A stretch of DNA of 37,447 bases, taken from IMG/VR virus record IMGVR_UViG_3300020044_005221, positions 1-37,447 of that record; one strand, 5' to 3'. How positions within the stretch are numbered: the stretch's first letter is position 1; the number at the start of each line of letters is the position of its first letter. Position numbers and translations under genes: made by a program. Below are positions 18,501-27,068 of this stretch, in pieces. The DNA comes from a virus (Duplodnaviria > Caudoviricetes). The notes beneath the pieces are model-generated. The model worked only from the letters and a program-made list of their open reading frames with translations. It did no database searches and was not told the origin of the DNA.

Positions 18501-20846
18501 CCTATACCAAGGAATCTGAAAGATACTCCTCACTTTGCTTTTGTAGTAGATGATACAGTTACTGGCACAGGACACTCATCTATGCTTTATGCCAAAGATG
18601 GCCCATCTTTAGAAGTCCTTAAAGCTAAAGTACTTAAAGAGTTTCCTGAGTTTAAGATATTTAATAAGCAAGAATCCGAAGAATATTTTAAAGCTCAAGG
18701 TAAATTTGAGTGGGAAAGAACCATTAATGAGAATTATATTAATAATGCTCTAGCCCGTAAAGGTATCTCTTCATCACCATTACCTAAGACTAACCCTCAA
18801 GATATCGCCACTGATATGCTTGATTGGCATTTAGGTAAACAAGCTTCATTGGTGCGGGAAGCTGTTAGTTTAAGATATTCAAGACAGCTTAATCTCCTGC
18901 GCGCGCAATCTGAATCAGCTTTAGGTGATGCTAAGAGCGTGTTTGGTTATGTATCTCCTACAGCCTATGCAGAGAATGCTTTAAGTACACCAGCTACAAG
19001 CGCGATGAAGCAAATGCTTAATTTGCAAAAGACTGATGAGTATCCTTTCTGGAGTACAATCAATAAAGTCTTAGATGAGAAAGTATCTAAAGTAACTTCT
19101 GATATAAGTAAGCTATGGCAGAAAACAACTCATCCAGATCAACTGATAGAGATAAATAACTCTCTTAAAAAAGCTGGATATAATGGTCCAATAGTTGATG
19201 ATGCCTTATTTGAAGCTATGAATGGTAAGATACCTAGAGGTGAATTAACTTCTATGGTTGCCAAGGCCAATGCTGTATTAGGCACTGTTGCTCTTAGAGC
19301 TGATCCTATGCACGCACTTACTAACGTTGTAGGACATGCAGTTCTTTATGGTACAGAAGCGCGCGCGGTAATTGATGCTATTAAGAAAGGCTCTAAAGAA
19401 GGTGCTGGAGACCTTGCTAAGCTCGCTAATGTAAGAGTGCCTGGAACGGCTGACTCTATCTTTTCTCATCAAAAGATAATGGCTAATAGTTTTGAGCGCC
19501 TAAGAACTCAACCGGAGCTTAAAGAGTATTATAAAAAGCACGGTTTTATCACTACTATTATGGATCAGTATGATCAGACTTTGGATCATATTGCTATACG
19601 GGGAACTGATACAGCTAAGACTTTTGATGCTAGAGTTGCTAAGGTGTTAGAAGGATTTAGAGGAGCAGGTCAAACGGCAGAGAAGCTTACAGGGAATAAA
19701 GTCGCGGAAGAGTTTAATAGATTTCTGGCGGCAGATTTCATGAAGCAAATTACAGACGTAGCAGTTAACAGGGGGATAATGGATGAAGCAACTTCTTTGG
19801 CTTACATTAATACTTTCGTTAATCGCACTCAAGGTAATTTTCTTGCTTCTCAAAGACCTGTTCTCTTTCAGGGGCCGATTGGACAAGCAATAGGATTATT
19901 CCAAACTTATCAATTTAATCTTATCCAACAGACTCTTCGCCATATAGGTGATGGTAATACTCGTAATGCTATGGCAATGCTTGGACTTCAAGGAAGTATC
20001 TTTGGTCTTAATGGCTTGCCAGCATTTAATGCAATCAATACTCATATCGTAGGGAACGCAGGAGGTAATACACAACATGCAGATTTGTATCAAGCTATCT
20101 TTAATGGGGCTGGTAAGGAAGCTGGAGAGTGGCTTGCATATGGAGCTTTCTCCAATATGCTTGGTATCTTTGATCCCAGTCTTAAAACTAACTTGTATAC
20201 TAGGGGCGATATCAATCCTAGATCACTTACCTTAGTTCCTACTGATCCATCGAAGATTCCTATTGTACAAGCTACGGGCCGATTCTTCTCTAATATTGCA
20301 GAGGGAATTAACCAGTTAAGTAATGGGGCTGATATGTGGCAAACAGTTCTGCGCGCTGTAGAGCATAATGGCTTATCGCGACCGCTAGCTGGAATGGCTC
20401 AAGTGCTTGGAGGATTTACAAGGGAATCCGGGCAGGTGTATGCAACCAATCAGCAAGGTAACTTACTCATGGCACACGATGCTTTATCTATGTTATCTCT
20501 TGCAAGGATGGCAGGTGCTAAACCTATGGATGAAAGTATGGTACAAGAAGCCATGTATCGTGTTAACTCCTATAGAGCAGCAGATACTGCTAAGAGACAA
20601 GGACTCGGAGAAGCTATTAAGACTACTATCTTAGGAGGTGAAGGACTCACAGATCAGCAAATAAATGATTTCGCAGCTAACTATGTTAAGTCTGGAGGTA
20701 AGCAGAGTGAGTTCAATCAGTTCATGGCAAGGCAATATAGGAATGCATCAACGACACAAGCAGAGCAACTCCGCAGTAAACTTACATCGCCGTATGCTAT
20801 ACAACTTCAATCTGTTATGGGCGGCGCAGGGACAGATTCATATTAA
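15537..20846 (+). CDS. Large internal virion / ejection protein
   Basis: 1769 aa; Gly-rich hydrophobic segments (VGAALGGVVGGLISG); C-terminal region typical of large podovirus core proteins. Confidence 0.72.
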   Translation: MAEEFEPTQRVPSYMLASNTHNTLNNGNGETQSLFDATYDFATKFVPLAVASGASQLYNIIPTVGSWASPLTGYKPEQFDFDKAVAEFDSDLSKYYQEHKLGTDALGFVASSLVPGMAGVKIFNAGQKSLQAAIASGKVGTGPYSKALGLLAPQRDKYIDAATAALRDTGNVFKLTETNTLKALAAGTWQNALEGAAFTAVVNATMYESPVLDERSVGDLTGDILVGAALGGVVGGLISGVTATGAIKRGIAEADTQIAKFGISDVPTGNMSESDKLLFTLNQLEQKTALNPAEMGDLAERAKTLQDSTKSKLQTQVREGFQNLTGGDTVLAQYLNDTTKLGTAKNAADNFLDSHRVSRVSSVTSVETQLSKIRTKLKESGDDLSVLSEEESKLYRNTRVSYLKIRGEDAGKVTDERPITLELADRLGPGERMEVRDAGVQVGKRFFRHENNIHKPFNLMQASSAEVQSRYLWANKQPKWEYDPANLKTVHINDIPLLTKAMNDGLDAIKVMPESGLVNDIYTINGRDSIKSLIERQKADLSSRMVQMETAPQTVEDFVNTASSMLGIQFNLVSRLGKGFADTIEGVVNNKTVQGQVIAMPLSATHRKSLMANISELKRLEGHVIFQGLVDSSGVAAQNLKAMTSNYTTPIMQEVIDLSKARNPTLWKSNKPEQIDRRRNVSELFASAFSYLSSHPDKLKDMPEFNKFAGHLIKPIPQSVLDSVSLRASKLSFTEIASRLDMKESVLRGAHKEGDLFARNSAMKDYQELVKTAGTRPSEQVSSIDELPTYVKILSDASRYQGLDGHVVDAMTNLRAKASLYDEATNRTATQFLGTQTPDIPDALLVGSGEVGPSFTGFTRGDYGTLDSMTSRVGQIVDLKIKEKKTAVSDLLTPQLTKLAGNTDAAIEWSMLNETIRGLPGKFKYAEDAPGIGSRLVNEEGKAIPIKSSIVADLAKSHIKQNGENENWLQLFRSAEGNQFNRDPEVFYPIPRNLKDTPHFAFVVDDTVTGTGHSSMLYAKDGPSLEVLKAKVLKEFPEFKIFNKQESEEYFKAQGKFEWERTINENYINNALARKGISSSPLPKTNPQDIATDMLDWHLGKQASLVREAVSLRYSRQLNLLRAQSESALGDAKSVFGYVSPTAYAENALSTPATSAMKQMLNLQKTDEYPFWSTINKVLDEKVSKVTSDISKLWQKTTHPDQLIEINNSLKKAGYNGPIVDDALFEAMNGKIPRGELTSMVAKANAVLGTVALRADPMHALTNVVGHAVLYGTEARAVIDAIKKGSKEGAGDLAKLANVRVPGTADSIFSHQKIMANSFERLRTQPELKEYYKKHGFITTIMDQYDQTLDHIAIRGTDTAKTFDARVAKVLEGFRGAGQTAEKLTGNKVAEEFNRFLAADFMKQITDVAVNRGIMDEATSLAYINTFVNRTQGNFLASQRPVLFQGPIGQAIGLFQTYQFNLIQQTLRHIGDGNTRNAMAMLGLQGSIFGLNGLPAFNAINTHIVGNAGGNTQHADLYQAIFNGAGKEAGEWLAYGAFSNMLGIFDPSLKTNLYTRGDINPRSLTLVPTDPSKIPIVQATGRFFSNIAEGINQLSNGADMWQTVLRAVEHNGLSRPLAGMAQVLGGFTRESGQVYATNQQGNLLMAHDALSMLSLARMAGAKPMDESMVQEAMYRVNSYRAADTAKRQGLGEAIKTTILGGEGLTDQQINDFAANYVKSGGKQSEFNQFMARQYRNASTTQAEQLRSKLTSPYAIQLQSVMGGAGTDSY

Positions 20847-20858
20847 AAGGAGATTAAA

Positions 20859-21062
20859 ATGGGAGCAAGTGCAGGAAGTTTAGATTTAGAAAGACCTGGG
20901 ATGAATAGAGATGTTGTTACTGCCTTTACCTATAATGGTGATGGTACAGTAGCTACAATTGTTAAGACTTATAATGATGGGGTTAGTACAGCAACCTACA
21001 CTAAGACTTATTCTTATACCTCTGGTAAGATTACTGGTATAAGTAAATGGGTTAAATCCTAA
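20859..21062 (+). CDS. Small hypothetical virion protein
   Basis: AAGGAG RBS; 67 aa, beta-hairpin-like (FTYNGDGTVATI...YSYTSGKITGI). Confidence 0.65.
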   Translation: MGASAGSLDLERPGMNRDVVTAFTYNGDGTVATIVKTYNDGVSTATYTKTYSYTSGKITGISKWVKS

Positions 21063-21071
21063 GGAGTTATC

Positions 21072-21959
21072 ATGGCAGAACTTGATGAAACATTAGAACA
21101 TCTTTTAATACTAGGTGTTCCTCAAATAGTAAATGGGGTACTTACTATTAATGGAACTCCAGTTCCTCCATTCAGTGATATGACTTTAGCGCAAATTAAA
21201 GCTATCACTGATTTCTCCACCATCAATGGATATATCATACGATGCATAGATCGTTATGATCTTAGTGGTTGCTTTGTTTACTTTAAGGCAGATGGTGTTA
21301 ATAACCGTCCAGTGTTAATGGATAATCCTATTCATTACACTTCTTTTGCTTCTCTTAAAACTGACTTTCCGTTGGATAATAAATGGAAAGGACTAAGAGC
21401 AACTTATCAATTCACTAATGGAAATTTAGTTGAGTTATACAATACAGGCACAGGAGGAAAGTATACTAATAAATATGCTGTAGATATTTATAATGGTGTA
21501 TTCGGTACGGTAGCTTCTCCTACTAAATCACTCACAGCTACTTCTGGTACTTTTACAATACCTGTGATGGAGTTTGAAGCTGACTTTATTCAGCCAGGTT
21601 CAAGATTTAGATGTATGGTACAGGCAGGTAAGACTGGCGCCGGTGGAACAGCTGTTTATGCAATAAGAGTTGGAACAGGAAATAATAGTACTGATAGTCC
21701 TTTTTACTCTGCTACAATGTCCAACTTAAATCCTATTCAAATGAATGGAGATAGTTTAGTAACTGTAGTTAATGCAACTAATTTCCATTCTAGTCAGAAT
21801 AATGCTTTAAATGGTGGGGGCGGTACAGGATTTATTGATCCACGTACTACGCAATTTAATACAGCTTCTAAGATGTATATGAATGCTATGCTTAGTGGCG
21901 CCAATGCTGGAGATACTAATTCCTTATTATCTCTCATGCTTAGATTGGAGGTATTATGA
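21072..21959 (+). CDS. Putative tail fibre / spike protein
   Basis: TAAGGAG RBS; G/T/S/N-rich beta-type 295-aa protein at the end of the virion module. Confidence 0.55.
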   Translation: MAELDETLEHLLILGVPQIVNGVLTINGTPVPPFSDMTLAQIKAITDFSTINGYIIRCIDRYDLSGCFVYFKADGVNNRPVLMDNPIHYTSFASLKTDFPLDNKWKGLRATYQFTNGNLVELYNTGTGGKYTNKYAVDIYNGVFGTVASPTKSLTATSGTFTIPVMEFEADFIQPGSRFRCMVQAGKTGAGGTAVYAIRVGTGNNSTDSPFYSATMSNLNPIQMNGDSLVTVVNATNFHSSQNNALNGGGGTGFIDPRTTQFNTASKMYMNAMLSGANAGDTNSLLSLMLRLEVL

Positions 21960-22951
21960 TAGTCAGTGCAATTAATAATCAAGCTATTAAGAATACTAAT
22001 CCGGCAGTGAGGTTACTTAAAACTGATTTTAGTGATGTAACTCTTGGAGTTCCTGTTCGATTAAGTGGACAAAACTTTTGGCAGGATGTTAATTTTGAAG
22101 CAACTGCATTAGCTAAACTTAAATCATACACAGGAACATATACTAAACCTTTTATACAGTGTATCCCTGATGTTAGTTGCGCGGATGTAACAGCGCTAAA
22201 TGCACGTATGCTTCACACTATTGAAACGTCTGCTAAGACTGGAGGTAATAAGGATCTACTACAGCGAATGATAGTTAATTCTGGAGGATTTCCACAAGCG
22301 CCTAATCAGCTGTATAGATACTTTTCTGATACCGCCACAATTCCAGAGTTACCTTCTATTTACTTTGCCTATGATTTTATCATTCAATCTGATATCATAA
22401 CTAGACTCTCTCCATCAGGCTTTCTAATGATGGCTGAGATTAAGGAAGGATATAAGGCTGATCCAAGTAGTGGAGGATTTAGAGCTAAGTGCGAGATTCT
22501 TTACACGGGCGGTCAGCTTGTTTGGAATATTGCTGGCGATAATAATGCCAATTTAATTGGTGACCCAGGCTTTCCTGCTGGTGCAGGTGATCCAACTTAC
22601 CCTTGGGAAAATACAGCTGTTACCTATTGGAGTAATGATAGAGTAGCTAGTGGAGCAGTCCCAGTAAATGAGTGGTGTCGTTTCCATTGTGAGTATATAA
22701 GACCTAAAGCACGTGCTGATATACAAACAGGTCAATTCAATGTTGCAATTGAAAGAGCGAATGGTACTTATCAGTTACTTCACTCTCAAAAAGGTGGGTT
22801 AATGGCAGGGGCTTTTATGGATTATATGCCAATGACTCGCATAATGTATGCTAATCCTTATTCTGGTGGATCGGCAGAGATACAAAGGAGATATACTAAT
22901 CTCGAGTTCTGGACACGTGCACCATTTAATATGGTAGCTCACCAGCTGTAA
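21956..22951 (+). CDS. Putative ConA-like / polysaccharide-lyase-like protein
   Basis: ATGA-coupled, GGAGG RBS; VPVNEWCRFHCEY...TGQFNVAI pattern resembles jelly-roll lectin/lyase domains. Confidence 0.45.
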   Translation: MIVSAINNQAIKNTNPAVRLLKTDFSDVTLGVPVRLSGQNFWQDVNFEATALAKLKSYTGTYTKPFIQCIPDVSCADVTALNARMLHTIETSAKTGGNKDLLQRMIVNSGGFPQAPNQLYRYFSDTATIPELPSIYFAYDFIIQSDIITRLSPSGFLMMAEIKEGYKADPSSGGFRAKCEILYTGGQLVWNIAGDNNANLIGDPGFPAGAGDPTYPWENTAVTYWSNDRVASGAVPVNEWCRFHCEYIRPKARADIQTGQFNVAIERANGTYQLLHSQKGGLMAGAFMDYMPMTRIMYANPYSGGSAEIQRRYTNLEFWTRAPFNMVAHQL

Positions 22952-22993
22952 CTTAGTCTAAAGTAAGTAATTAACAATAATAAGGAGTTTAAA

Positions 22994-23374
22994 ATGGGCT
23001 TCGTATTCTTTAACCAGCAGAGGACTAAGAAAATGAAGAAACAGGTTAGCATACTTAGAAGGGAGGTAGATCATCTTAACTCTAAAATGACTGAATGTGA
23101 TGCACAGCATCTTACCCATGCTGCACATAATAGGAGACATGATGATGCTATGAATGGACTTACCGAAGCTGTTAAGGAATTAACAGGGGAGATAAGAGGT
23201 ATTAAAAAGAAGGAAGAGATTGATGATGTTACACTCAATCGCACAAAGAACAATTACACTGCTTGGGATACGATAATTGAAATGTCTAAACAGGTTGGTG
23301 CTATTGTAGGTGCTGGTGCTTTATTAATAAGTGCCGGTTATGGAATCTTAAAATACGTAGGAATTATATCATGA
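22994..23374 (+). CDS. Membrane protein with coiled coil and C-terminal TM helix (lysis module)
   Basis: TAAGGAG RBS; TM segment VGAIVGAGALLISAGYGILKYVGII. Confidence 0.6.
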   Translation: MGFVFFNQQRTKKMKKQVSILRREVDHLNSKMTECDAQHLTHAAHNRRHDDAMNGLTEAVKELTGEIRGIKKKEEIDDVTLNRTKNNYTAWDTIIEMSKQVGAIVGAGALLISAGYGILKYVGIIS

Positions 23375-23670
23375 ACTTTATTACGATCTTTAAACTTGTT
23401 GTTAGCTTATTGCCAACTATCATTGAAGCTATCAAGACCATTGAAGCAGCGATACCTTCTGGAGGTGCAGGGGCGCAGAAACTTGAGTTACTCAAAGGCA
23501 TTCTGCAATCCACTTACTCAGCGAGTAATGAGACCGCCGGACAGTTTGAAAAGTTGTGGCCTGTTATTCAGAGTTCTGTTTCGGGGATAGTTACTCTGTT
23601 TAACAATTTGAAGGTGTTCTCTTCGGGAAGTTCGGGGGGAACTGGTACTGGGAATACTGATAATAAGTAA
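23371..23670 (+). CDS. Holin-like protein
   Basis: 99 aa; hydrophobic/amphipathic N-terminus, GAQKLE motif; last gene of the + arm. Confidence 0.5.
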   Translation: MNFITIFKLVVSLLPTIIEAIKTIEAAIPSGGAGAQKLELLKGILQSTYSASNETAGQFEKLWPVIQSSVSGIVTLFNNLKVFSSGSSGGTGTGNTDNK

Positions 23671-23683
23671 TTAGCTTGTAAGC

Positions 23684-23728
23684 AAAAAGAAAGGGATATA
23701 GAACTTAATCTATATCCCTTTTTATTCT
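23684..23728. terminator. Bidirectional intrinsic terminator between the convergent arms
   Basis: AAAGGGATATAGA-ACTTAA-TCTATATCCCTTT perfect 13-bp inverted repeat with A-tract on the left and T-tract on the right. Confidence 0.92.
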
Positions 23729-23732
23729 TCAC

Positions 23733-24245
23733 TTAATTAATAACCTGTAAAATTCCTGTTCTCATTTCCTGCAAACGCTTAGTACATAAAGTAGCAATAC
23801 CTTTTTGATCTTCGCCATCATATAACCCATCAAGTAAGATATTACAGTGCGCTGCAATCTCTGCTAGCTTCTCTTCAAATCCTGCATTAGGAGTGAGTAT
23901 CATAAGCTCATTAAGTTTCCTGATAAGATCAGGATGATGAGATATCTCTACATTAAGCTCAATAAATTCCATTGGGTGTTCGACTAAGATATATGACATA
24001 TAGATATTCCAGTAAGGGGTTAATAAGACTGATAGATAAGGAGAGAGAGGATTAGTCTCTTTTATCTTGTAAGTTCCTTCTCTTATAACTTTGAATTCCT
24101 CATCAGTAATTTCAAACATTTTAATAGGTTTAACATTACCTTTAGCGCAGAGAAGATAAGGTATCTCATTCTCTCGAAGAGTATTCATTGCTACTTGATA
24201 AGAGATATTAAATACTTGAGCTATCTGTTTGGCTGTTCTTAGCAT
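23733..24245 (-). CDS. Hypothetical protein; N-terminal HTH-like segment, possible internal start at 23999
   Basis: TAKQIAQVFNISYQVAMNTLRE resembles an HTH; AAGGA RBS. Confidence 0.55.
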   Translation of the reverse strand: MLRTAKQIAQVFNISYQVAMNTLRENEIPYLLCAKGNVKPIKMFEITDEEFKVIREGTYKIKETNPLSPYLSVLLTPYWNIYMSYILVEHPMEFIELNVEISHHPDLIRKLNELMILTPNAGFEEKLAEIAAHCNILLDGLYDGEDQKGIATLCTKRLQEMRTGILQVIN

Positions 24246-24516
24246 GTTGTTGTTCCTTACTTAATACTCTCTTAGCAAAAAATTCTACCTTCTCTGCATC
24301 ATATAGATTACTAACTCCTGGTTTACCTTCCCCCATTCTATTCTTAGCCATACGCCAAATAGCTTTCACAATATTACCTTCTGTATAAGAGAGATTAAGA
24401 GCTTCAATAATATCATTGCATTCTGCGGTGTAAGGATCTATTTCTGGAGATGTAGGATTATCTACTTTAACTTTATAATAATCTGAACTACCGCCTGTTA
24501 GTTTTTTATTAGCCAT
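24208..24516 (-). CDS. DUF3310-like (T7 gp1.7-related) protein
   Basis: YY...ECNDIIEALNLSYTEGNIVKAIWR...YDAEKVEFF pattern. Confidence 0.65.
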   Translation of the reverse strand: MANKKLTGGSSDYYKVKVDNPTSPEIDPYTAECNDIIEALNLSYTEGNIVKAIWRMAKNRMGEGKPGVSNLYDAEKVEFFAKRVLSKEQQHAKNSQTDSSSI

Positions 24517-24518
24517 AG

Positions 24519-24830
24519 TTATTCCTTTGGGTCATCCGGTAATTCCTGGTAGTAGGTTGGTGGCTGCGTTAACTTTCTGCCGAAAACAGTAATCCAAAGA
24601 CTATAAAACTCTGACCAAATTACAACCAATTGACCGTAACCAGGGTCGTAAACTAATATATTTTTATCCTTCGGCGTATTATCATCAATCGGCATCCACT
24701 CGTTGAGTTCTTTGCATTCATTGATTAAGCCTTCCAGTAAAGCAACTTGCCCCTTTACCCACGTATCACTTGCCTTACTATTTGATAAGTTTAATAACTT
24801 CTGTAATCTTTCCTCACTTATTCCTCGCAT
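24519..24830 (-). CDS. DUF551-like accessory protein (start revised to 24830)
   Basis: GAGGAG before ATG 24830; WMPIDDNTPKDKNILV...PTYYQELPDDP pattern. Confidence 0.65.
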   Translation of the reverse strand: MRGISEERLQKLLNLSNSKASDTWVKGQVALLEGLINECKELNEWMPIDDNTPKDKNILVYDPGYGQLVVIWSEFYSLWITVFGRKLTQPPTYYQELPDDPKE

Positions 24831-24856
24831 TTGCGCTCCTCGTAGATTAAATTTAA

Positions 24857-25054
24857 CTAATGAGGACTCCGAGTTACGCCAGAGCCACAGCATCTGTTGC
24901 ATTTAACAAATGGTTTGGATCTGTCCCCGGATTTGTAGAAAATTTGAGCGTACATTGTCAAATTTAACTCATCAGCTTTGTTGTTATCAACAGGTAGATA
25001 CCCTTCACCTTTGCATATACAGCACTTATATTGCATTTCATCTTGCTTGCTCAT
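24857..25054 (-). CDS. Small Zn-finger protein
   Basis: Two CxxCxGxG motifs (CICKGEG, CNRCCGSG). Confidence 0.65.
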   Translation of the reverse strand: MSKQDEMQYKCCICKGEGYLPVDNNKADELNLTMYAQIFYKSGDRSKPFVKCNRCCGSGVTRSPH

Positions 25055-25257
25055 TTACTTAGCTCCTTCCATTTTTCATCGGTGTATGGTGTCCATTGAA
25101 TTAGTTTAATGTCTTTAAGATAATAAAATAGCGAATGAGCATCAACTACATTTTTTGTGAAAAAGAATTTGTCCTTATCCACCCTGCGAAATATCGTCTT
25201 TTGCGCTTTGGGCGGCATCTCATCCGCGCAGTTAGTCCAGGTTATTTCATGAGTCAT
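25051..25257 (-). CDS. Hypothetical protein
   Basis: ATGA overlaps on both sides; WTNCADEMP N-terminal pattern. Confidence 0.65.
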   Translation of the reverse strand: MTHEITWTNCADEMPPKAQKTIFRRVDKDKFFFTKNVVDAHSLFYYLKDIKLIQWTPYTDEKWKELSK

Positions 25258-25547
25258 GATGAAATAGTTCCTCTACTCTTTGCATATTCAATATAGTGCG
25301 CAACACGTTTACGCTTTTCCTCATAAATTCTCCTTGCTTCATCAGGCTGAACAATAACCCCTAACTCCCTAAGCATATCCCGTACACACATTGCTTCAAT
25401 GAATTCCTTTTCAATTTCTTTGGCGTTTGTAACAGTGCTTCCAGGTCTGCAGTCATCTTTCCCGAAACGTAGAGTTTTGCTTATAGCAAGCTGAACTTCT
25501 GCACATTCTTCTGCTAGTACAGTTAATAGATGCTCTTTAACATTCAT
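25254..25547 (-). CDS. MazG-like nucleotide pyrophosphohydrolase
   Basis: LAEECAEV...SKTLRFG...EIEKEFIE all-helical EExxE pattern; AGGAGG RBS. Confidence 0.7.
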   Translation of the reverse strand: MNVKEHLLTVLAEECAEVQLAISKTLRFGKDDCRPGSTVTNAKEIEKEFIEAMCVRDMLRELGVIVQPDEARRIYEEKRKRVAHYIEYAKSRGTISS

Positions 25548-25879
25548 AGTTCCTCCTTAAACTCAGTGAATGAATACTCTGCTCCTGGTATGTTCCAGTC
25601 TGGTGTATTGGTTTCATAAATAAACGGCCGCGCATGATTCTTACCTTCTTTAACCCAAACCGGCTGTCCAGTACGTGCCCACTGGCATATCATGTCGGCG
25701 TATGGGTGAGGATTGCAGATAAGGTAGTGAGTAGCCCCTATCGGGCATTTACTCCAATCAATGTAAACATCACCCCATGTATAGCCGTAATCATTTTTAC
25801 AAATGAATCCGTTTTTGGCATTCTCCATCTCAGCAATCTGCTCTTCACTTCCGTCGTATTTAACCCATTGCGCTGTCAT
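25544..25879 (-). CDS. Hypothetical protein
   Basis: GAGGA RBS; overlaps the next gene by 4 nt. Confidence 0.7.
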   Translation of the reverse strand: MTAQWVKYDGSEEQIAEMENAKNGFICKNDYGYTWGDVYIDWSKCPIGATHYLICNPHPYADMICQWARTGQPVWVKEGKNHARPFIYETNTPDWNIPGAEYSFTEFKEEL

Positions 25880-25934
25880 TGTTTGTCCTCTTATAAGTTA
25901 AGTCAGTACCTGATATTTTTCTACTCCCTTAAAC

Positions 25935-26114
25935 TTACTCTGCTACTTCCAATTCAGCCCAGGTCATAGATTCAACATTAAATCTTTTTGGATTATCTGA
26001 GTCTTTGATATCAATGATATCCATTAAATACCCTGATTCAAGAGAACTGATATCTTCACTCATTACTTCTGCTGCTTTCTTAACTTGGCCATCTTCAAAT
26101 ATTAATATATACAT
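25935..26114 (-). CDS. Small acidic hypothetical protein, 59 aa (MYILIFEDGQVRKAAEV...AELEVAE), absent from the ORF track
   Basis: AGGAG RBS before ATG 26114; 180-nt open frame filling the gap. Confidence 0.75.
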   Translation of the reverse strand: MYILIFEDGQVKKAAEVMSEDISSLESGYLMDIIDIKDSDNPKRFNVESMTWAELEVAE

Positions 26115-26170
26115 TTTAAATCTCCTGTAGGGTTAGGATATTGCTATTGATAAGGTTGTTAATATATCAG

Positions 26171-26257
26171 GTACTAACAAGTTCTAGGAATTGTTTCTTG
26201 TTATGGCAAGGATTTATTCTGAATTAATAAAACTACAATTCCTAGACTTCTTAATAC
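26171..26257 (-). ncRNA. Structured RNA element, copy B (long stem with three-way junction)
   Basis: GUAUUAA/UUAGUAC, G-G, AAG/CUU, bulged A, UCUAGGAAUUGU/ACAAUUCCUAGA, capped by two hairpins; same architecture as 32865-32964. Confidence 0.7.
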
Positions 26258-26270
26258 TAATATACATATA

Positions 26271-26308
26271 AATAAAAAGACCTGTTACTTTTATAGAGAC
26301 TACAGGTC
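26271..26308 (-). terminator. Intrinsic terminator
   Basis: On -: GACCTGT...ACAGGTC stem followed by TTTTTATTT. Confidence 0.7.
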
Positions 26309-26347
26309 AAATCTAATTACTCTCTTTGCTGCCGGCGAAGCTAGATA

Positions 26348-26665
26348 TTAATGCTGTACTACTGGATCACAATAAGTGATGTAACTTACCACTGTTGCTG
26401 AATCCCCTGAAACTCGCGGAACTTTAGTAGTTCGTGTAGTAGCTTCAGCTTCTTGGCATTTTTGCAGCGTGTAAAATTCACGTTGCCAAGTATCAGTACG
26501 CAGAGTTGCTGGACTGGTAGATGTGCTTGAGAAGAATGCAATCACTGTAAGTTGATGAGGATACATACTCCAATCAACTTCTGCCTTAGCTGGCAAAGTA
26601 AACAGCATTGATATGGCTACCATAATAAACATGAATAAACCTGAACAACCATTATATAACTTCAT
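26348..26665 (-). CDS. Putative exported protein
   Basis: Hydrophobic N-terminus ending in an AKA signal-peptidase-like site; two Cys in the mature part; GGAG RBS. Confidence 0.7.
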   Translation of the reverse strand: MKLYNGCSGLFMFIMVAISMLFTLPAKAEVDWSMYPHQLTVIAFFSSTSTSPATLRTDTWQREFYTLQKCQEAEATTRTTKVPRVSGDSATVVSYITYCDPVVQH

Positions 26666-26703
26666 AATATTACTCCATTTAAAATTGACATACTTCCGGT
26701 ATG

Positions 26704-26874
26704 TTAGCGGCTTTTACGACTTCTCATAAATAAGGCTTTAAATAAACTTCCCATAAATGCAGCTTGTAGTTCATTACGCATTTCTGATCTACTAAATTTC
26801 CTCTTTAATCTTCCAGCTTTGATAGCTTCTTTTTTTCTTTCTTCATAAGTACCTCGTTGTTTAGCTTGTCCCAT
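26704..26874 (-). CDS. Small basic hypothetical protein, 56 aa (MGQAKQRGTYEERKKEAI...), absent from the ORF track
   Basis: AGGGAG RBS before ATG 26874; MGQAKQRG start resembles common small phage proteins. Confidence 0.75.
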   Translation of the reverse strand: MGQAKQRGTYEERKKEAIKAGRLKRKFSRSEMRNELQAAFMGSLFKALFMRSRKSR

Positions 26875-27052
26875 GATTATCTCCCTGTAACTGAGGACTA
26901 TTCCGATATCTATATCCCATACTTCTTACCTTCTCATCCCAGGACATAACATGTATTAATGCGGAAGCTGATCCCATTCCTGCATTAACAAGGAAGAAGT
27001 CAGGAGGTAATTGATGGCCATTAAACTTAAGCCATTTCTGTCTTAGACTCAT
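26861..27052 (-). CDS. Hypothetical protein
   Basis: AGGAG RBS; fits the operon packing. Confidence 0.65.
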   Translation of the reverse strand: MSLRQKWLKFNGHQLPPDFFLVNAGMGSASALIHVMSWDEKVRSMGYRYRNSPQLQGDNHGTS

Positions 27053-27068
27053 TTGTAACTCCTAATAA

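Noticed and set aside
7986-22951. Diversity-generating retroelement or invertible fibre cassette
   Set aside because: No reverse transcriptase or invertase and no template/variable repeat pair noticed.
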